Part shown: positions 27,553-37,900 of the stretch, piece by piece
Position numbering within the stretch: position 1 is the stretch's first letter
Layout: each line of letters begins with the position of its first letter
Position numbers and translations under genes: made by a program
Notes under the pieces: model-generated
Told to the model about the DNA's origin: nothing
Database searches by the model: none
Seen by the model: only the letters and a program-made list of their open reading frames with translations
Assembly (NCBI GenBank): GCA_013286575.1
Contig: JABDFL010000002.1
Coordinates: forward strand, 11,143-75,142
Direction of reading: 5' to 3'
DNA from: Candidatus Omnitrophota bacterium
GTDB taxonomy: Bacteria > Omnitrophota > Gorgyraeia > Zapsychrales > Fredricksoniimonadaceae
DNA: 64,000 nt

Positions 27553-29069
27553 ACCGCGACCTCCTGTTCTTTAAATTCGATCTTCAATAACCCGGAAATA
27601 AATTTCCCGGCCCAACGGTATATATTATTTTCATGCACGGTCTGGCGCATTTTAACCATACGTTTACGGCGTTCTTCCTCAGGCATGGTCAAGGCCTGGT
27701 AAATACTGTCGCTGAACTGTTCACTGTCATAAGGATTGATCAATACTGCCTCCGCCAATTCCCGGGCGGAGCCTGCAAACTGGCTTAAAACCAGGACACC
27801 GTCTTCATCATAATGCGCAGAGACAAATTCCTTGGCTACCAGGTTCATCCCATCGTGCAAAGCACTGACAATGCAAACCTGGGCCATGCGGTAAAGCAGC
27901 TGCAGCTTGGCCGATGATATGTTCCCGCGGATAAAAATGACCGGACTCCAGCCATCGGTAGAATGCTTCCAATTTATTTTTTCAACCAGGGCATTGATTT
28001 CATCATTCAGGGCCTTATATTTGGCAATATGGATGCGGCTTAAGACCCCCAACTGCAAAAATATGATCTTTTCTTTTAATTCCGGATGCTTTTCCAGCAG
28101 ACGGTCAATGGCATCTAATCTCTCGGGAATACCCTTGGTGTAGTCAATACGGTCAACCCCCAGTAAAAGCCGGTAATTGTCCAAATGGAACTCTTCAATC
28201 AATTCACCTTCCATATTTTTAAAATCATTCTGCTGGACCTTGCGGTTGATCTCCTCAAAATCCACACTAATGGGATAGGGCCTGATCAGGGTTTCATGGT
28301 CATGGCGGATGACGGAAAAACGTTCCCTGTCAATTTTGCTTTCCAACTGCCGGTCCACCACCTCAATAAAATTATTGCAATGATAGTGGGTATGAAAACC
28401 AATCATGTCATTGGCCAGCATCCCCTCCAGGATTTCGTCTTTCTGGGGACATATACGAAAAGCTTCATAGCTGGGCCAGGGGATATGCCAAAAATGGGCG
28501 ATGATCAATTGATTGGCTGCGGCCATGTCTTTTAATAATTTAGGCAGCAGGCAGAAATGGTAGTCCTGGATCCAGATGAAGGCCTTGGCCTCTCCGACTT
28601 CATCCATAACGGCCTTGGCAAATTTCTGGTTAACGTTAGTGTAGTGCTGCCAATCTTCCTGATTAAAAACAGGGCGCTGAAAAGCGGTATGGCAAAGCGG
28701 CCAAAGGGCATCATTGGAATATCCGTAATAATATCCCTCTACTTCCGGCTTTGTCAGCCATACCCTTTTGAGCGAGTAGGCAGGACTATCCGCCGGAACT
28801 TCAATTTTATTAAAACGGTCCGTGACCCGGTGGTCTGCCTCGCCGCTGCTGGCCGCTATCCATAAGCCGTGGCAAGCCTGCATCACAGGATCAAGCGCGG
28901 TAATGACGCCCCCTGATGGCCGCTGGCATTCGATTTTGCCTTTTTTATAGACATGTTCGTACGGCTGGCGGTTGGATACAACGACAAAAAGATAGTCGCC
29001 CAGCTTTTCCTGAACAAATGCCTGTAAATCTTCTTTAATAAGCAATATTCCCTCCCTCTTGCCCGTCAA
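27549..29069 (-). CDS. otsA: Trehalose-6-phosphate synthase (GT20)
   Basis: LFVVVSNRQPYEH, GFHTHYHCNNF, LGVDRIDYTKGI, SALHDGMNLVAKEF. Non-ATG start: TTG at 29069, or TTG at 29045 preceded by GAGGGAGGG. Confidence 0.85.
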   Translation of the reverse strand: MTGKREGILLIKEDLQAFVQEKLGDYLFVVVSNRQPYEHVYKKGKIECQRPSGGVITALDPVMQACHGLWIAASSGEADHRVTDRFNKIEVPADSPAYSLKRVWLTKPEVEGYYYGYSNDALWPLCHTAFQRPVFNQEDWQHYTNVNQKFAKAVMDEVGEAKAFIWIQDYHFCLLPKLLKDMAAANQLIIAHFWHIPWPSYEAFRICPQKDEILEGMLANDMIGFHTHYHCNNFIEVVDRQLESKIDRERFSVIRHDHETLIRPYPISVDFEEINRKVQQNDFKNMEGELIEEFHLDNYRLLLGVDRIDYTKGIPERLDAIDRLLEKHPELKEKIIFLQLGVLSRIHIAKYKALNDEINALVEKINWKHSTDGWSPVIFIRGNISSAKLQLLYRMAQVCIVSALHDGMNLVAKEFVSAHYDEDGVLVLSQFAGSARELAEAVLINPYDSEQFSDSIYQALTMPEEERRKRMVKMRQTVHENNIYRWAGKFISGLLKIEFKEQEVAV

Positions 29070-29072
29070 TAG

Positions 29073-29597
29073 TCAACTTTTCACAACACTTTTCGCATGT
29101 CCCCCATCTTTTAATGTTAAATATTGCACCACTACACCGGTCACCATACTGCTGATGAACAGAAATTCACGGAACTCCTGTGTCCCATGAAAAATATGAA
29201 CAATCAATGTCGCCCCTAATAACGAAGAGATGATAATTAATGTCCAATCAAAAATGATGATCATCAAACACATGCCCACAATGCCTCCGACTACAAAAAT
29301 CAGCCATGAATACGGGTCCTGTTGGGCTACTGAAGGAAATGTATTCATCAATAAATATCCTCCCCCTAAAAACCCCACCCCGAATACCACTGCAAACCAT
29401 TCGAAACTGACGGCCAGCAGGGCCCCCAGGGTGCCCAAAGCAAAGGCGGCGAACACCGCCACCAAACTGTCGGAAAAACCCAGTGCCGCGGCACATTGCA
29501 CACCGAGCAGGAAACCGACGATGCCCACACACAACCAAAAAAGATTTCTGCCCGCGAACACAAGCAAAAAACCGAATACCAAATCAAAAATCATCAT
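29073..29597 (-). CDS. Polytopic membrane protein (DUF4203/TMEM198-like), function unknown
   Basis: MMIFDLVFGFLLVFAGRNLFWLCVGIVGFLLG and 5-6 further Gly-rich TM helices. Start at ATG ATG 29597; the track ORF starts at a TTG. Confidence 0.5.
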   Translation of the reverse strand: MMIFDLVFGFLLVFAGRNLFWLCVGIVGFLLGVQCAAALGFSDSLVAVFAAFALGTLGALLAVSFEWFAVVFGVGFLGGGYLLMNTFPSVAQQDPYSWLIFVVGGIVGMCLMIIIFDWTLIIISSLLGATLIVHIFHGTQEFREFLFISSMVTGVVVQYLTLKDGGHAKSVVKS

Positions 29598-29674
29598 GGC
29601 AAATCCCTTGCCCCCCGCCGCCCCGATTCTTGCTTGGGCAAGAGAACATCGAGGCAAGAAGCGAGGTGGCTTAT

Positions 29675-30064
29675 CTAGAGAAAACTCTGTATTTTCCTGA
29701 GTATTAAGCTGGCAGCTTCTTTGTCTGGGCTGACACCGCCGACCCGGACTTCCACCTTGGTGGAATGATCGGTCACCCGATGGATATCAATCCACATTTC
29801 CCTTCCGTCGCTATAAGAACCTTTAATTTGTGTTGTGTTTTCATCCTGCTTTTCTGAAACCACTGTTAAGTCAAGTGCCTGCAACGCTGACTTGGCTGAG
29901 TCAACGGTCGCCTGGTAAGGGGCATGAAATTCCTGCGTCAATTTTCCCGAAAGCCAAACCGCTGTTCCTGCCCCTCCTACTGCCCCGACAAATAAAGCAA
30001 AACAACCACATAAATTAAACATCAGCATTCCCGATACAATCAGAAGCATGGTCTTTCTGAGCAT
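29675..30064 (-). CDS. DUF3568-like lipoprotein
   Basis: Signal peptide with Cys lipobox-like MLMFNLCGC, then GKLTQEFHAPYQATVDSAKSALQALDL...; SD GAGGAGGG upstream. Confidence 0.6.
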   Translation of the reverse strand: MLRKTMLLIVSGMLMFNLCGCFALFVGAVGGAGTAVWLSGKLTQEFHAPYQATVDSAKSALQALDLTVVSEKQDENTTQIKGSYSDGREMWIDIHRVTDHSTKVEVRVGGVSPDKEAASLILRKIQSFL

Positions 30065-30086
30065 AGGCCCTCCTCTGGTTTACTCG

Positions 30087-30135
30087 TAACAAGTATAAAA
30101 TAATGAAGATTAAAAAAAGATGAATTGAATATTAG
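30087..30135 (-). promoter_or_regulatory. Divergent copy (f) of the recurrent TAACAA...ATGAAR...ATTAA element
   Basis: TAACAA-GTATAAAAT-AATGAAG-ATTAAAAAAA-GATGAAT-TGAAT-ATTAG. Same ends and ATGAA cores as the other copies but longer spacers. It sits 22 nt upstream of ATG 30064. Confidence 0.35.
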
Positions 30136-30137
30136 TT

Positions 30138-31607
30138 TTAATAAGGCAGGATGACTTTGAAGGTGCTTCCCTGGGACATCCGGCTTTCGACCTGGATCTC
30201 TCCCTGGTGGAGTTTGGCGATCGTATGGGCAATATTCAGCCCTAAACCGCTGCCCGGGGTGTTTTTATCCGCACGGTAAAACTCTTCAAAAATCTTCTTC
30301 AAATTTTCAGGGGCGATGCCCGGCCCCGTATCGCTGATACAGCTTATGACCTTGCCGTGGCTGATCTCAATGCGCATATCAACACAGCCGCCTTCCGGCG
30401 TAAATTTGATGGCATTGTCGATAATATTAAAAAATAACCGGCGCAGATGAAACCTGTCGCCTGTGATCATCAAAGGCGGCGTGACGTTTTTGGTGTCCAT
30501 CCTGATCCCGATCCCTTTGTTGGCGGCCAAAAGACGGTTTTGTTCGACGATTTCATTAAAAAACTCGATAAAATCAAATTGCTCAAATTTAAACACCTCC
30601 TGGCTGTAACCCAATTTGGTCAATAATAATAAATCATCCACTGTTTTAAGTACACGTTGCGATTCTTCCATAATGATCCGCAAAGCCTGCTTGTACTCAT
30701 GGATGGAACGGTCACGGCGCAATAAAAGGTTCGCCTCCCCCTGAATGATCGTCAACGGGGTTTTTAATTCATGGGCCACGTGATAGCTGAATTGTTCAAT
30801 ATGTTTAAAAGATTTTTCCAGACGGGCGATCATCCCATTGAAAGATTCGATCAAAGACTCCATCTCCCGGTCAAAATGTTTGGTTTTGATCCGGGCAGAC
30901 AAATCCTGCTGTGTGATCCGGTCAGCCATATCGGTGATTTCATAAACCGGCTGCAGGATCCTGGCAGCCAATAATCTCCCGACAAAATTTGTCAAAAGCA
31001 GGATCAACGGCACGCTGATGGCAATGGAATACAGCCAGTTGCGCAGCTGCTGCAAAATAGGGTCCTGGGCGACACCTACCTGTATCAAATATTGACCAAC
31101 GGCCCTGTCGGTGAATTGCTCACTGATCACCCGGATATTCTTATGGTCCATATTCAAAGTCCTGAAAATGACCCCGCCGCGTTTAGGAAACTGCGTGTCT
31201 TCCAGAAAAATGGACCGCAGGCCTTTGTCCATATTGGAAGAACTAAACACTTCCTTCTGGCCTTTACTGACAAAATTGATATAGTCCCTGCTTAAATTAA
31301 AGGATTGCGCCTGGGCCCTCCATTTCTGGGAAACTTTCCAGGTCTTGAACTGGAGGATATTATCATTTCTCATGGCCATGGTTTTTCCAACGGCCTCTAC
31401 CAAGGCCTCATGACTTTCCCCCAAAACATTTAGATAAGACCTGATAGTCAAATCAACAGCCTGGGCCTTGATTTTAAGCTGCTGGTCTGTTTGCTGTAAA
31501 AAGGCATTGGAAATAAGATAGAGAACGCCGCTGAAGGCAATGAGGATAAGGCCTAAAATAGCCGTGTAAAGAATGCTGATCTCGAATTTAATGGAATTGA
31601 ATTTCAT
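30138..31607 (-). CDS. Membrane sensor histidine kinase (periplasmic loop-HAMP-HisKA-HATPase; CusS/BaeS-like)
   Basis: Two TMs flank a loop of about 150 aa. HAMP ILQPVYEITDMADRITQQDLSARI. H-box FSYHVAHELKTPLTIIQGEANLL. FFNIIDNAIKFTPEGG, ISDTGPGIAPE, PGSGLGLNIAHTIAKLHQG. Confidence 0.85.
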   Translation of the reverse strand: MKFNSIKFEISILYTAILGLILIAFSGVLYLISNAFLQQTDQQLKIKAQAVDLTIRSYLNVLGESHEALVEAVGKTMAMRNDNILQFKTWKVSQKWRAQAQSFNLSRDYINFVSKGQKEVFSSSNMDKGLRSIFLEDTQFPKRGGVIFRTLNMDHKNIRVISEQFTDRAVGQYLIQVGVAQDPILQQLRNWLYSIAISVPLILLLTNFVGRLLAARILQPVYEITDMADRITQQDLSARIKTKHFDREMESLIESFNGMIARLEKSFKHIEQFSYHVAHELKTPLTIIQGEANLLLRRDRSIHEYKQALRIIMEESQRVLKTVDDLLLLTKLGYSQEVFKFEQFDFIEFFNEIVEQNRLLAANKGIGIRMDTKNVTPPLMITGDRFHLRRLFFNIIDNAIKFTPEGGCVDMRIEISHGKVISCISDTGPGIAPENLKKIFEEFYRADKNTPGSGLGLNIAHTIAKLHQGEIQVESRMSQGSTFKVILPY

Positions 31608-32278
31608 GCGGAATTTTTCAGCATATACCCTGATCCGCGCAGGGTGTGGATCAACTTCTTCTTAAATCCATCGTCGACTTTATTGCGCAGATTGCGGATA
31701 TGGACGTCGATGACATTGGTCATGCTGTCAAATTGTTCATTCCATACATGTTCGGAAATCATGGAGCGGCTGATCACCTGGCCCGCGTTGAGCATGAGAT
31801 ATTCCAGCAACGCAAATTCTTTGGCCGTTAAAACCATCATTTTTCCCGTTCTCCTGACTTCGTGGTTGAGCTGGTTTAATTCCAGATCAGCCACTTTTAA
31901 AACAGAGGTCTTGGTTGCGGCCGGACGCCTTAACAGGACCTTGACCCGGGCCAGCAATTCTTCAAATGAAAATGGTTTGGTCAAATAATCGTCCGCACCG
32001 GCGTTAAGCCCCGTGACCTTGTCCTTCACTGCGGCCCGGGCGGTCAGCATCAGGATGGGAGTATTGATTTTTTTTGAACGCAGCTGACGGCACATGTCTA
32101 CCCCCTCGTATTTAGGGAGCATGATGTCAAAAATCATCAAATCATAAGGGTTGATTTCAGCCAGGTACAGCCCCTGTTCTCCGTCATAGGCGATGTCCAC
32201 GGCATAATGTTCTTCTTTGAGCCCCCGTGCAATGAAATCTGCGATACGCTTTTCATCTTCCACCACAAGGATCCGCAT
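31604..32278 (-). CDS. OmpR/PhoB-family response regulator (REC + winged helix; CusR/CopR-like)
   Basis: MRILVVEDEKRIADF, DLMIFDIMLPKYEG, ILMLTARA, DYLTKPF. wHTH LTAKEFALLEYLMLNAGQVISRSMISEHVW...IDVHIRNLRNKV. SD GAAGGAGGTG. Confidence 0.9.
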   Translation of the reverse strand: MRILVVEDEKRIADFIARGLKEEHYAVDIAYDGEQGLYLAEINPYDLMIFDIMLPKYEGVDMCRQLRSKKINTPILMLTARAAVKDKVTGLNAGADDYLTKPFSFEELLARVKVLLRRPAATKTSVLKVADLELNQLNHEVRRTGKMMVLTAKEFALLEYLMLNAGQVISRSMISEHVWNEQFDSMTNVIDVHIRNLRNKVDDGFKKKLIHTLRGSGYMLKNSA

Positions 32279-32399
32279 TATCCACCTCCTTCAAAAAGAT
32301 TTTCAGGTCAAGAAATATTCTACTGTGAAAATACGTTGGGGCAAGAAATAATAAATGGGGAGGCGTCCCAATTTTTGCAGCGATGGCCTTGGAGCCATC

Positions 32400-32855
32400 T
32401 TACAGAGCCGAAGCAATTGAGCCTTTAGCAGCCTTGAATTTATTTAAGATATACGGGCCTTTACTGCCGGATATGAAAAAATTGCCGTGAAGGACTTCTT
32501 TTAAAGCCCTGACAAGGTCTGTGCAAATATAATTCTTACACACATAACCTTTGGCCCCATATTGAAGGCATTTGAGGGCATAATCAGTTTCGTTATGCGC
32601 GGACAATATGATGGCGGGAATGCCCATCTCTTTGTCTTTCAGGGTTTGCAGTATGTTCAGGCCCCCTTCACGCTGCCCGTCGACAGAAATGTCTATCAGG
32701 GCCGCGTCAAAACGGCCTGTTGACACCAACCCCATGAATTCATCTTTTTGCCCCGCCACTGCCGCAATCTCCATTTCCTTAGACTCTTCGATAATCTCCT
32801 TCATCAAAGCAGGGATTAAAGGCTCGTCATCAATGATAATGATTTTTCTTTTCAT
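32400..32855 (-). CDS. Single-domain response regulator (REC only, NarL-type receiver without HTH)
   Basis: KIIIIDDEPLI, DAALIDISVDG, AIILSAHN, KGYVCKN. Confidence 0.8.
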   Translation of the reverse strand: MKRKIIIIDDEPLIPALMKEIIEESKEMEIAAVAGQKDEFMGLVSTGRFDAALIDISVDGQREGGLNILQTLKDKEMGIPAIILSAHNETDYALKCLQYGAKGYVCKNYICTDLVRALKEVLHGNFFISGSKGPYILNKFKAAKGSIASAL

Positions 32856-32861
32856 AATATA

Positions 32862-32881
32862 AATTCTCTGGATTCCCGCGT
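32862..32881. promoter_or_regulatory. Perfect 20-bp GC-rich palindrome between two response-regulator genes
   Basis: ATTCCCGCG-TC-CGCGGGAAT, located 6 nt upstream of ATG 32855 and 26 nt downstream of the stop at 32908. Confidence 0.4.
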
Positions 32882-32907
32882 CCGCGGGAATGACATAAGA
32901 AATTTAT

Positions 32908-33327
32908 TTAATGTGAACAGTAACGGACCATTTTAAACCAGAACATGTCAATAATTTGTGCCAAGTCAATAAACCCCTGGAAATCAACAGGCTTACTGAG
33001 ATAGGCATTGCCCCCCAACGCGTAACACTTGCATATGTCCCCTGAAAACTCTGAATTTGAAAAGACCAAAACCGGAATATGCCCCCATCTAGGGTCGCTC
33101 TTAATATCGGACAAGACCTCCAGACCTTTTTTTCTGGGCATGTTCAGGTCAAGGATGATAAGGTCAGGTTCGGGGGCATTGGTAAAGGCCCCTTTCCCGC
33201 CGAGAAATTCAAGGGCTTCAATACCGTCCCTGACCATCAGTAAATCATGTTCAACCCTTGCCTCCTTAAATGCCTCTTTCATGATTTCCTGCTCGGGTTC
33301 ATTGTCCTCAACGACTAATATGTTCAT
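32908..33327 (-). CDS. Single-domain response regulator (Rcp1-like CheY-type)
   Basis: [46 protein letters not shown] overlap with the upstream kinase. Confidence 0.85.
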   Translation of the reverse strand: MNILVVEDNEPEQEIMKEAFKEARVEHDLLMVRDGIEALEFLGGKGAFTNAPEPDLIILDLNMPRKKGLEVLSDIKSDPRWGHIPVLVFSNSEFSGDICKCYALGGNAYLSKPVDFQGFIDLAQIIDMFWFKMVRYCSH

Positions 33328-34901
33328 ATGCCTTCTTTGACGGAAAAATGAAATGTCGTTCCTTCATCTACTGTTGAATCAACCCATATTTTCCCGCCAT
33401 GGTTTTCCACAATTTTTTTACATATGGCAAGCCCTATGCCGGTACCGGAATATTCGGATTTTCCGTGGAGCCTTTGAAACATATCAAAAATACGTTCCTT
33501 AAACCGGGAGTCAATGCCTATGCCGTTGTCCCTGACTGAAAAAACCCAGCCATTCCCTTCAGATCTGGCGGCGATTTGTATTTCCAGGGGCCTTTGACTC
33601 CTGTATTTGACTGCATTGACTATTAAATTCTGAAAAAGCTGGACCATTTCCAAATGATTGGTTTTTAGGACGGGCATTGCACCATATTGGATGGCTCCAC
33701 CCGCTTCATCGATAATCATTCTTAAATTGGCCAATACTTCCGTTAATACAGAGGAAACATCCACCATCTCAAAAGACTTCACTTTACCTATACAGCTGTA
33801 TTCCAATAGATCTTTGATCAGCCTTTGCGCCTGGTCCACGCCTTCTTTAATGAATTTTAAATATTGCCGCCCCCGGTCATCCAATTGGGATTGAAAACGT
33901 TTTTCCAGAAGGAAAACAAAAGAAGAAACCACATGCAGCGGTTCTTTAAGGTCATGGGAGGCCACATAGGCATATTCTTCCAGTTCTTTATTTGACCGGT
34001 TGAGTTCCTGGGTGAGCACCTTGAAGGATTCCTCCGTGCTTTTGATCTTGTCTATATCGGTGCAACTGGCGATCCAACTGATATTTTCCCCGTTCTTTAT
34101 TTCGGGCACGACCCTCACTAAATGCCACCTGTAGATGCCGTCCCGGGCGGAACGCAGGCGCATTTCAATCTCGCCAATCTGCGTATTTTGACGGGACATA
34201 CGCAGCCAAAATGCCAGGAATTTCCTTCTGTCTTTGGGATGGACCAGTAATTTCCAATCTACGTCCGATTTAAATCCCGTATATTCCAGCCACCGTTCAT
34301 TGCAATACTCGACAAACCCTGAAGGTTTTATCTTAATAATGCTGTGCGGGACCGCGTCGGCCAAATGGGCGTAACTGCGGAAGCTTTCCTGTTTTAATTC
34401 AAAGATCTGCCGTTCTTTTTCCTGTGACTCAATCTGCCTTAATAAAACGGCCTGGCGTTTGATCTGCAAATTTTTTTCGAAAAGATCGACAAATATGTTT
34501 ATTTTTGATTTGAGAACAAACGGATCAAAGGGCTTAAAAATATAATCCACTGCCCCGCTTTCATATCCCTGGTTGATATGGCGGATTTCTTTGTTGATGG
34601 CCGTCACAAAAATAATGGGAGTGTCCCGGGAACGGTAATTTTCCCGCAATAGCTTGGCGGTCTCAAAGCCGTCCATCTCCGGCATTTGAACATCAAGGAG
34701 GATCACTGCAAAATCATCAAATACAGCATGCTGCAAAGCTTCCTGGCCGCTGCCGGCTTTAAAAAGATTATACCGGTCACAGGAAAGCACCGCCTCCAAG
34801 GCAAGCAACCCATCCGGCCGGTCATCCACCACCAGAATATTGGTCCTCGTCAACGGCTGGGTCTCAACTCCTGCCTTAGTGTCCGTTATTTGTTCAGCCA
34901 T
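33324..34901 (-). CDS. Hybrid histidine kinase REC-PAS-HisKA-HATPase
   Basis: REC: [41 protein letters not shown]-box [55 protein letters not shown]. Start overlaps the upstream gene by 16 nt. Confidence 0.85.
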   Translation of the reverse strand: MAEQITDTKAGVETQPLTRTNILVVDDRPDGLLALEAVLSCDRYNLFKAGSGQEALQHAVFDDFAVILLDVQMPEMDGFETAKLLRENYRSRDTPIIFVTAINKEIRHINQGYESGAVDYIFKPFDPFVLKSKINIFVDLFEKNLQIKRQAVLLRQIESQEKERQIFELKQESFRSYAHLADAVPHSIIKIKPSGFVEYCNERWLEYTGFKSDVDWKLLVHPKDRRKFLAFWLRMSRQNTQIGEIEMRLRSARDGIYRWHLVRVVPEIKNGENISWIASCTDIDKIKSTEESFKVLTQELNRSNKELEEYAYVASHDLKEPLHVVSSFVFLLEKRFQSQLDDRGRQYLKFIKEGVDQAQRLIKDLLEYSCIGKVKSFEMVDVSSVLTEVLANLRMIIDEAGGAIQYGAMPVLKTNHLEMVQLFQNLIVNAVKYRSQRPLEIQIAARSEGNGWVFSVRDNGIGIDSRFKERIFDMFQRLHGKSEYSGTGIGLAICKKIVENHGGKIWVDSTVDEGTTFHFSVKEGI

Positions 34902-37900
34902 GAATACATCACCGACAGAAGACGGTCTGTGTCTACAGGTTTAGTAATATAATCAGAGGCCCCGGCGTCCAAACACTGTTCACGGTCCCCTTTCATTGCT
35001 TTGGCTGTCAAAGCAATAATAGGCAAAGATTCAAATTTGGATATTTTTCGTATCATTTTAATGGCATCAAAACCATTCATCTCCGGCATCATGATATCCA
35101 TCAATATTAAATCCGTGTCCGGTTTTTCATTTAAACGGCGGATCCCTGATTTACCGTTATCAGCATGGGTGACAATCATCCCCCAAGGCTCAAGGACGCT
35201 TGTCAATGCATAGATATTACGCATATCGTCATCCACGATAAGGATCCTTTTGCCTTTAAAATCAGCGTTCTTCGGTAAGGTTGGGGCAACAATTTCCCGG
35301 TTGTTGCTGCTGCTTTTGACGGTTTCCGCGCCGACATATTTCTCCGGCAAATAAAGCGTGAAGACACTGCCCATGCCAGGAGCACTTTCCACCTTGATAA
35401 TACCTCCCAACAAACGGGCAATTTCACGGCTGATGGTGAGGCCCAAACCAGTACCTCCGTATTTACGGCTGGTCGTCCCGTCAGCCTGCTGAAATGCCTC
35501 AAAAATAATATTTTGTTTGTCCACAGGGATACCGATACCGGTATCTCTGACGGCAAAGGCAAGGACAGAAGGGCTTTTATCCAGGGTCTCTATGCCGAAG
35601 CGCTTTTCTCTTTCCACGACCTTGATGTACATCTTGACTTCACCTTTTTCCGTGAATTTAATGGCATTGGACAGGAGGTTCTTGAGGATTTGCTGTAAAC
35701 GGTTATTGTCCGTAAAAACAGTTTTAGGCAGGTTCCCGTTGGCATTAATAGTGAAGTTGAGGTTTTTGTGCTCTGCCAGCGGACGGAAATTATGCTCCAG
35801 GTACTCATAAATCTGGGGCAGCTGGATTTCCTGCGGTTCGATGGACATTTTACCGGCTTCTACCTTGGAAAGATCAAGGATCTCGTTGATCAGGGTCAGC
35901 AGGTCCTGTCCCGTCGAGTGGACGGTCGAAGCATACTTGATCTGGTCCGGCGACAAATTATTATCTTTGTTTTCAGACAGGGCTTTGGAAAGGATAAGCA
36001 GGCTGTTCAAAGGAGTGCGCAGCTCATGGGACATGTTGGCCAGGAATTCTGATTTGTATTTGGAAATCAGGGACAGCTGTTCGGCTTTTTCCTCCAACGA
36101 GAGGCTCGCCATCTCAACTTCTTTATTCTTTAACTCCAAGAGCTTGGCTTTGTCTTCAAGCTCCTTGGCCTGGTTTTCCAATTCCGAGTTGGAACGTTTG
36201 ACTTCCTGCAGGAGCTCTTCGGTCCTCATGGTGGAAGAGATCATGTTTAAGATGACCCCGACGCTGTCCATGAGCTGGTCCAAGAAGTTGAGATAATTGA
36301 CGCTAAAAGATTGGAAGCTGGCCAGCTCAATAACGGCTTTTAACTCTCCTTCAAAAACGACCGGCAAAAGAAGGATATTTTGCGGCGTTGCTGCCCCTAA
36401 GCCGGAGGTGATGGAGATATACTCTTGAGGTGGTTTAGTGATTAATATCCGTTTCTTCTCAAAGGCGCACTGCCCCACCAGGGATTCCTTGAGACGATAG
36501 GTGCTGGAAAGATTTTTACGTTCATTAAACGCATAACTCGCAATGAGGGTCAATACGGTTTCATTGTCCTCCTGCTGGGCCACAAAGAAGGCCCCGTGTT
36601 GAGCGTCGACGATGGGTGTTAATTCCGACATGATCAATTGGGCCACCGCAGTCAGGTTTCTCTGGCCTTGCATCATGCCGGAGAAGCGGGCCAGGTTTGT
36701 TTTTAACCAGTCCTGGTCTTTGTTTTGGGCGGTGGTGTCTTTTAAGTTGGTAATCATCTGGTTGATATTGTCCTTGAGCGCCGCCACTTCCCCTTGGGCC
36801 TCGACGGCAATGGATCGTGTCAAATCACCCTTCGTAACAGCGGTCGAAACCTCGGCAATCGCACGCACCTGGGAAGTCAGGTTCCCTGCCAGCTGATTGA
36901 CGTTGACAGTCAAGTCTTTCCAGATACCGGAGGCGCCGGGGACCTTGGCCTGGCCGCCGAGCTTTCCTTCAATACCTACTTCACGGGCCACGGTTGTTAC
37001 CTGGTCGGCAAAGGTACGCAGGGTGTCTGTCATGCTGTTGATTGTTTCCGCCAGGCCTGCCACTTCTCCTTTGGCTTCCAAAACGAATTTTTCACTTAAG
37101 TCCCCGTTAGCAACAGCAGTCACGACCTTGATGATGCCGCGTACTTGTTTGGTCAAATTACCGGCCATGAAATTGACGTTATCCGTCAAGTCCTTCCACA
37201 CACCGGAAGCTCCGGGCACCTTGGCCTGGCCGCCGAGCTGGCCTTCGATACCCACTTCACGGGCCACGGTCGTTACCTGGTCAGCAAAGGTACTGAGCGT
37301 GTCGATCATGTTGTTGATGGTTTCTGCCAGGGCCGCCACTTCTCCTTTGGCTTCCAGAACGAATTTTTGATTCAAATCGCCGTTTGCGACGGCGGTAACG
37401 ACCTTGACGATACCGCGCACCTGTTTGGTCAAATTACCGGCCATGAAATTGACGTTATCCGTAAGATCCTTCCAGGTACCGGAAACACCTTTGACGTCCG
37501 CCTGACCGCCTAATTTCCCTTCTGTACCGACTTCCTTGGCCACACGGGTAACTTCCGCCGCAAATGAATTGAGTTGGTCCACCATGGTGTTGATCATGTT
37601 CTTCAACTCCAGGATTTCTCCCCTGGCGTCTACCGTGATCTTCTGCGACAAGTCCCCCTTGGCAACGGCGGTCGTAACCTTAGCGATGTTACGCACCTGA
37701 TTGGTCAAGTTACCGGCCATGAAATTGACATTTTCCGTTAAATCTTTCCAGGTACCTGAAACACCCTTGACCTCTGCCTGACCGCCTAATTTCCCTTCTG
37801 TACCGACTTCCTTGGCCACACGGGTGACTTCCGCTGCGAAAGAGTTGAGTTGGTCCAACATGGTGTTGATGGTGTTTTTTAATTCCAGGATTTCTCCTTT

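Noticed and set aside
32279-32399. Sigma70-like promoter TTGCCC-15-TAGAAT upstream of the OmpR-type regulator
   Set aside because: The spacer is only 15-16 nt and the -35 is poor, which is too weak to call from sequence alone.
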